Shown: in pieces, positions 59,641-64,000 of the stretch
Layout: every line of letters starts with the position of its first letter
Numbering within the stretch: position 1 is the first letter of the stretch
Source of the DNA: Deltaproteobacteria bacterium
GTDB lineage: Bacteria; SAR324; XYD2-FULL-50-16
DNA: 64,000 nucleotides
NCBI GenBank assembly: GCA_018645005.1
Contig: JABGPJ010000099.1
Span: 33 to 64,032, forward strand
Reading direction: 5' to 3'
Program-made: the position numbers and the translations under genes
Notes under the pieces: model-generated
What the model saw: only the letters and a program-made list of their open reading frames with translations
Databases searched by the model: none
What the model was told of the DNA's origin: nothing

Positions 59641-60915
59641 ATGGATAATCCCTTAAATAAAACAGAACTGAACACTGCAAAAGACACTATTAAAAAAGAA
59701 GAGCTTGACAAACGGATCAAACAAAAAATCGATGAGCTCGAAACTCTCTTGAAACGGATCCCGGATACAACTGATTTCTTGGGGACAGATGTGTTATACC
59801 CGGAAAAAACAAGCCGAGGCCTGTTTGGACCCAAAAATTTCCCAAATATTTCTGAACTTCGTGAAGAGGTTAATCGGTTTGCAGAACAAAAAGAACTGAC
59901 TAATCCAAGAAAAAAAATCAAGCGGTTGATTAAGAAGTTTCCATATTTCGCCGACCTTAGGGCTTTAAACGGGATCCAGCTTTTTAATGATACCGCTCAA
60001 AGTGGATTGAATGAACGTAGACTCGACGTTTTGGAAGTGGCACTTGTAGAAATTTCCGGTGCACTCCATAACGAAGGAATCAGTATCTACAATGCGACCT
60101 GGTTTATTAAGGTCTACCTCAAATACCTTGAATTTCTGAAAGAGCGAATATCTCGAGAGCAGAGTGGAATTGCCGGACATTTTAACTGGAACATCCGTAG
60201 GATGTCAGAGGAACTGCAGCAAAAACTCATTCTGATTACCTCGCTGCTATCGGTAAAAGACAAATTGGGCGGCATGGTTATGCTCAATACAAAATTGAAG
60301 GGTTCTGTCTATATTTCCGGTTGTATTACTAAAGATGAAATTCGTCAGGCTTGCTCGGCGATTCAGCAGGATGAAACAAAAACAGTCGGTATAGGGAAAA
60401 CCGCCAACTATGTTATCCTTGTAATGGTTACCTTAGGACTTCTTTTCTCAAGGATTCCAATTTTGAAAAATCTTGTTAAAGACATTCTGGTTACGATGCC
60501 AGATGTTTCTAAGGACCTGATTCTGCAAAAAAGCATGATCCGGAACATGCTTGGGGTGACTGAATTCCAGCTTTCGCTGGCTGCTGGAAACCCTGATGAA
60601 TCGAGGCAGATCGCGGACAAACTATTTAAACATTGTGTGCTACTGATAACTCAACAACTGGAATTTGGTGCTCTGACAAAACCTCATGAAGTGGATCCGT
60701 TTCTAAAAGGAGCTTGGGTTGCCAAAGAGTCTAATGGTTTGTTTAACAAATCCGAATACAAAAAAATGCTGGACCGCGCTCTAAAACTTCTGAAAAGAGT
60801 GATGGAAAGCCAGAGCCAAATCAAGGGGTCCTATGACCTCGCCAGACAGCTTCAAATCGAGATCGGTATGATTATGACTGAACATGGTTGGGAGGATGAT
60901 GTTCATGATTTCTAG
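59641..60915 (+). CDS. Hypothetical protein (424 aa), distant paralogue of 42088..43371
   Basis: Long uninterrupted ORF, predicted helical, with one hydrophobic segment 'TANYVILVMVTLGLLFSRIPIL'. Collinear motif matches to the 427-aa ORF. Confidence 0.75.
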   Translation: MDNPLNKTELNTAKDTIKKEELDKRIKQKIDELETLLKRIPDTTDFLGTDVLYPEKTSRGLFGPKNFPNISELREEVNRFAEQKELTNPRKKIKRLIKKFPYFADLRALNGIQLFNDTAQSGLNERRLDVLEVALVEISGALHNEGISIYNATWFIKVYLKYLEFLKERISREQSGIAGHFNWNIRRMSEELQQKLILITSLLSVKDKLGGMVMLNTKLKGSVYISGCITKDEIRQACSAIQQDETKTVGIGKTANYVILVMVTLGLLFSRIPILKNLVKDILVTMPDVSKDLILQKSMIRNMLGVTEFQLSLAAGNPDESRQIADKLFKHCVLLITQQLEFGALTKPHEVDPFLKGAWVAKESNGLFNKSEYKKMLDRALKLLKRVMESQSQIKGSYDLARQLQIEIGMIMTEHGWEDDVHDF

Positions 60916-60977
60916 AGCCTTTCTGAATCGATTTGATACCTTTACTTGATAGTGTTGTTTTCCGGTGTGTTTGAAAT

Positions 60978-61697
60978 ATGCTCACGATGCAACCATTGTA
61001 TCTAGATAATCACCTGCTTGTTGTCTGTAAACCCGCTGGAATGCTTATCCAGAAGGATATAACTGGGGACTTATCGCTTTATGATGCGGGGCGGAAGTTT
61101 CTAAAAAAGACTTTCAACAAGCCCGGGAATGTATATCTGGGAATGGTGCATCGTCTGGATCGCCCTGTTTCCGGGGTAGTGGTGTTTGCCAGAACGTCGA
61201 AAGCGGCCAGTCGCCTTTCGGATCAGCTTCGGCGAAAAACGGTTAAAAAGACCTATTGGGCTCTAGTGAAAGGTAAAACCCCGGAAAGGGATCGACTAAC
61301 AGATTGGATTCTTCGAGATGGCGTGCACAGCAGAATATCGACGACAGCAGAAGGAAAAAAAGCGGAACTGTCTTATCACCGAGTTCTTTACAAAAATGAT
61401 GTCTCATTATTGGAATTAGAGCTGGAAACAGGCAGGCACCACCAGATTCGCGTTCAGTTGTCTCATAAGGGATTTCCAATCATCGGAGATTTCAGGTACG
61501 GCTCCAAAATCAAATTTCCTCAGAAAGCACTGGCTCTTCATGCCCGGTCCATTACGATTTCCCATCCTGTCCGTGAGGAACGTATGACCTTCACTGCGCC
61601 CCTGGAAGCCACCTGGCCTGAAAATATTAAGAAATTGCAGGCAGAAATGAACGATGTGGCATATAAAAACCTAATTGAATCTCAGATTTCCGAATAG
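60978..61697 (+). CDS. RluA-family pseudouridine synthase (no S4 domain)
   Basis: 239 aa. 'LVVCKPAGML', catalytic 'HRLDRPVSGVVVFARTSKAA', 'ETGRHHQIRVQLS'. Confidence 0.88.
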   Translation: MLTMQPLYLDNHLLVVCKPAGMLIQKDITGDLSLYDAGRKFLKKTFNKPGNVYLGMVHRLDRPVSGVVVFARTSKAASRLSDQLRRKTVKKTYWALVKGKTPERDRLTDWILRDGVHSRISTTAEGKKAELSYHRVLYKNDVSLLELELETGRHHQIRVQLSHKGFPIIGDFRYGSKIKFPQKALALHARSITISHPVREERMTFTAPLEATWPENIKKLQAEMNDVAYKNLIESQISE

Positions 61698-61903
61698 ATC
61701 AAAACCGCGCTAAACCTCACTACTGTTAGAAAAAAGTAGTTGTAACCCCAGCCGGCTTCTGCTACTACTCAAAAAATAGTGTCAGGCCCCAATACGAATT
61801 AATTTTGCAACTCATCCGAATATTGGAATTGAGGCACAAATGATCATTGGTTACTATATATGGTCTGTTTAAAATCACGGAATGTTTATGTTAAAAGGAA
61901 TTT

Positions 61904-62296
61904 ATGTCAAAGCAAATCATTATTGAAGAGAAAGAAGTGACCTATGTTGAAATTATTAAAATTGGTTCGGGGATTGAGCATTTCGATGATACTAAGCGAA
62001 AAAAAGCCTTGATCAGCAGTTTTGGACGCCACATTAAGTTTTTTAATGGGCCCCCGATTGATGCGGATAACTTTTCGGAACTACTGCAGGAAAAATTAAG
62101 AAACCTGAAAGATCTGGCTGCAATAGAGGTCAGTCCCTCCCTGAATGAAACAGAAATCAGGTTGGTCATTGAAAAAAGTATGGGGAAACAAGTGATTCAA
62201 CCGCAATTCAATAATTCCACTTTTATTCGTTATATCTCGTTTGGATTAGGTGAACTGATTGTTCGGCCTATTGATATGAGTGTTATTTATAATTGA
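61904..62296 (+). CDS. Hypothetical protein (130 aa)
   Basis: ATG preceded by 'aaaggaa'; no competing ORF apart from a 75-aa antisense ORF; no motif recognised. Confidence 0.45.
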   Translation: MSKQIIIEEKEVTYVEIIKIGSGIEHFDDTKRKKALISSFGRHIKFFNGPPIDADNFSELLQEKLRNLKDLAAIEVSPSLNETEIRLVIEKSMGKQVIQPQFNNSTFIRYISFGLGELIVRPIDMSVIYN

Positions 62297-62443
62297 CAAG
62301 TTCACAGGTCAACAGATATTGATACAATAAAAAGGCAAACAGAGTAATGCCCGGTTCTCGCATTAAAGGATTTCGGGCTGGAAACAGAACAGATAAAATC
62401 ATCCGAAACAAATAAGTTACTAATCTTATACGGTAAAACTGAT

Positions 62444-62743
62444 ATGAAATTAGGAATTATATTGCTTGGATTGATCTGCCTGACTTTTGTCAATATACCA
62501 TCAATTAGAGCAGTAGATCTTATTATTAAAGATACAAGAGGGGTCTATCGTTTTAATTGTGTGAACTCTTGCGGGCCGGTCCGTGTTCGTAAATGCGGGA
62601 AATGTGAGTTTCTCGTACAGTCCACCTATTTCAATGGAAAAGTAAAAGCCTGTCGGGCCGAATTAGCAGCCCTTAAAGCTTGCGGCGAACGTAAATTCGA
62701 TCAACCGATCAATAAGAACTTACTTAATCCGGCCTGCCTTTAA
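62444..62743 (+). CDS. Small secreted cysteine-rich hypothetical protein (99 aa)
   Basis: Clear signal peptide 'MKLGIILLGLICLTFVNIPSIRA'. The mature ~76 aa contain 7 Cys, including 'CVNSC' and 'CGKC'. Confidence 0.5.
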   Translation: MKLGIILLGLICLTFVNIPSIRAVDLIIKDTRGVYRFNCVNSCGPVRVRKCGKCEFLVQSTYFNGKVKACRAELAALKACGERKFDQPINKNLLNPACL

Positions 62744-62998
62744 GAATTGAAATCTTACAAAATTTGTGGTTAACAAAATTGGGTTCAGATTGCCCATTTT
62801 GACCTCCAGACGTCTAACAATCTTTTATGGGGAATATCAGACTGTTTCGCTGGTTTGACAACTGATGACCCTTTCGTTAACCTGAAACATAAAGAGGGGT
62901 AACGTAAATAAGCATACTGCTTCTATACAGGCCTGAAACTGTGATTGGACTGTGGTTTGAGCTCAACAAAAAGAAAAATTCCGATAAGTTAGGGTAGA

Positions 62999-63925
62999 AT
63001 GAAAGGTAAAATACTTAGGGTATTGGCTGAAAACAGCGACCTGATCCACTCAGGTGAGAAACTGAGTGTAAAGCTTGGTGTTTCAAGGGTAAGTATCTGG
63101 AAACATATTAAAAAACTGCAACAATTGGGTTATCAAATCGAAACTTCTGCAAGCGGTTATCAACTCGTTAGTTCTCCTGACGCCCTTTATCCCTGGGAGT
63201 TCCCTCAAAGGGAGTCCAGTATTCACTATTATCAAGAAGTAAATTCTACAATGACCATTGCGAAAGAACTCGCTCGAAAAGAGTGTCCGCATTTCACTGT
63301 GGTCATCGCAGAAGAACAGCTTGCCGGGAGGGGGCGGTTGAGCAGAATTTGGCATTCAGCAGGAGGAGGTCTCTATTTTACTATTGTTCTGAGGCCACAG
63401 ATTCCCCCTAACCTGGTGAGCCGATATGGATTTGCCGCATCTCTGGTTTTAGCAAGAACCATGCAGAAACATTTTGGCATTGATGCTCAAGTGAAATGGC
63501 CGAATGATATTCTTGTAAATGAAAAAAAACTTTGTGGGATGCTTAGTGAGATGGAGGCTGTTGATGAGCAGGTCTCTTTCCTCAATATTGGGATTGGTAT
63601 CAATGTTAATAATGATCCAACCCACCATGAGCCAAACGCCACATCTATTCGTGCGCTACTGGGTGAGACGGTTCCCAGAAAAAAGGTCTTGAATCTTTTT
63701 TTGGATGCCTTTGAGGAGGAGATAAGCCAGGTGACTCTGGATCATGTGCTGTTCGAATGGAAAAAATACGCAATCACACTGGGCCGGGAGGTCACTATTA
63801 TTTCCACTAAAGATACACTCCAGGGAAAGGCAGTTGATATCGATGATACAGGTGCACTGATTTTGGAATTGAAGGATGGAACCGTTGAAACAGTGTATTA
63901 CGGCGACTGTTTTCATCAACCTTAA
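62999..63925 (+). CDS. birA: Bifunctional biotin--[acetyl-CoA-carboxylase] ligase / biotin operon repressor
   Basis: 308 aa. N-terminal HTH 'LSVKLGVSRVSIWKHIKKLQQLGYQIE', biotin-binding 'GRGRLSRIWHS', 'KWPNDILVNEKKLCGML'. Confidence 0.92.
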   Translation: MKGKILRVLAENSDLIHSGEKLSVKLGVSRVSIWKHIKKLQQLGYQIETSASGYQLVSSPDALYPWEFPQRESSIHYYQEVNSTMTIAKELARKECPHFTVVIAEEQLAGRGRLSRIWHSAGGGLYFTIVLRPQIPPNLVSRYGFAASLVLARTMQKHFGIDAQVKWPNDILVNEKKLCGMLSEMEAVDEQVSFLNIGIGINVNNDPTHHEPNATSIRALLGETVPRKKVLNLFLDAFEEEISQVTLDHVLFEWKKYAITLGREVTIISTKDTLQGKAVDIDDTGALILELKDGTVETVYYGDCFHQP

Positions 63926-64000
63926 ACCGCTTTATATTTCAACTTGTGATCAGCAATGTCCGGTTAGGTTTTTGCAGAAAGCTGAATGATGAAACCTGGA

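Noticed and set aside
1-64000. Scan of all intergenic spacers for tRNA, rRNA, tmRNA, SRP RNA or RNase P RNA, and for integrase, transposase, toxin-antitoxin or known defence-system genes
   Set aside because: I could recognise no cloverleaf-like sequence, conserved RNA box or mobile/defence protein motif by eye. A proper tRNAscan/Infernal/HMM run is needed to be certain.

Overview
This 64-kb window reads as ordinary bacterial chromosome, not an accessory island. It holds about 45 well-supported protein genes, most on the + strand. By eye I found no rRNA or tRNA gene, CRISPR array, transposase, integrase or recognisable defence gene. Gene order: an MBL-fold hydrolase (open to the window edge), aroA, an M16 peptidase, transaldolase, rsmE, pyruvate kinase, hisS, hemA-hemC-hemD, mutS, an AMIN/Amidase_3 cell-wall amidase, an MltD-like LysM lytic transglycosylase, and a PolB-exonuclease-like gene with an orphan partner. 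Then come rpoB-rpoC followed directly by ilvB-ilvN-lepA, ftsE-ftsX-envC-like-APH kinase, hisG, a TPR protein, hemH, an orphan 427-aa gene, acylphosphatase, aroB and a five-gene Liv-type ABC transporter. The window ends with prkA/DUF444/spoVR plus a second PrkA-like gene, a universal stress protein, an orphan 424-aa gene, an RluA-family pseudouridine synthase, two small orphans and birA. The envelope genes (AMIN amidase, MltD, FtsEX-EnvC) suggest a diderm bacterium; I cannot assign taxonomy from the sequence alone. Six things deserve a second look. (1) The four-gene prkA/DUF444/spoVR/prkA-like cluster. (2) Two distantly paralogous orphan proteins of about 425 aa, one next to that cluster. (3) Two families of about 100-135-nt palindromic intergenic repeats whose stems show compensatory substitutions between copies; one family lies upstream of hemH and of the liv operon. 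(4) rpoBC is detached from the usual ribosomal-protein genes, has a 593-nt AT-rich leader and runs into ilvBN. (5) A PolB-exonuclease-like gene is paired with an orphan gene. (6) There are a few small ORFs and palindromes. None of these is demonstrably a new system from sequence alone. All family assignments rest on motifs read from the translations, not on database searches.
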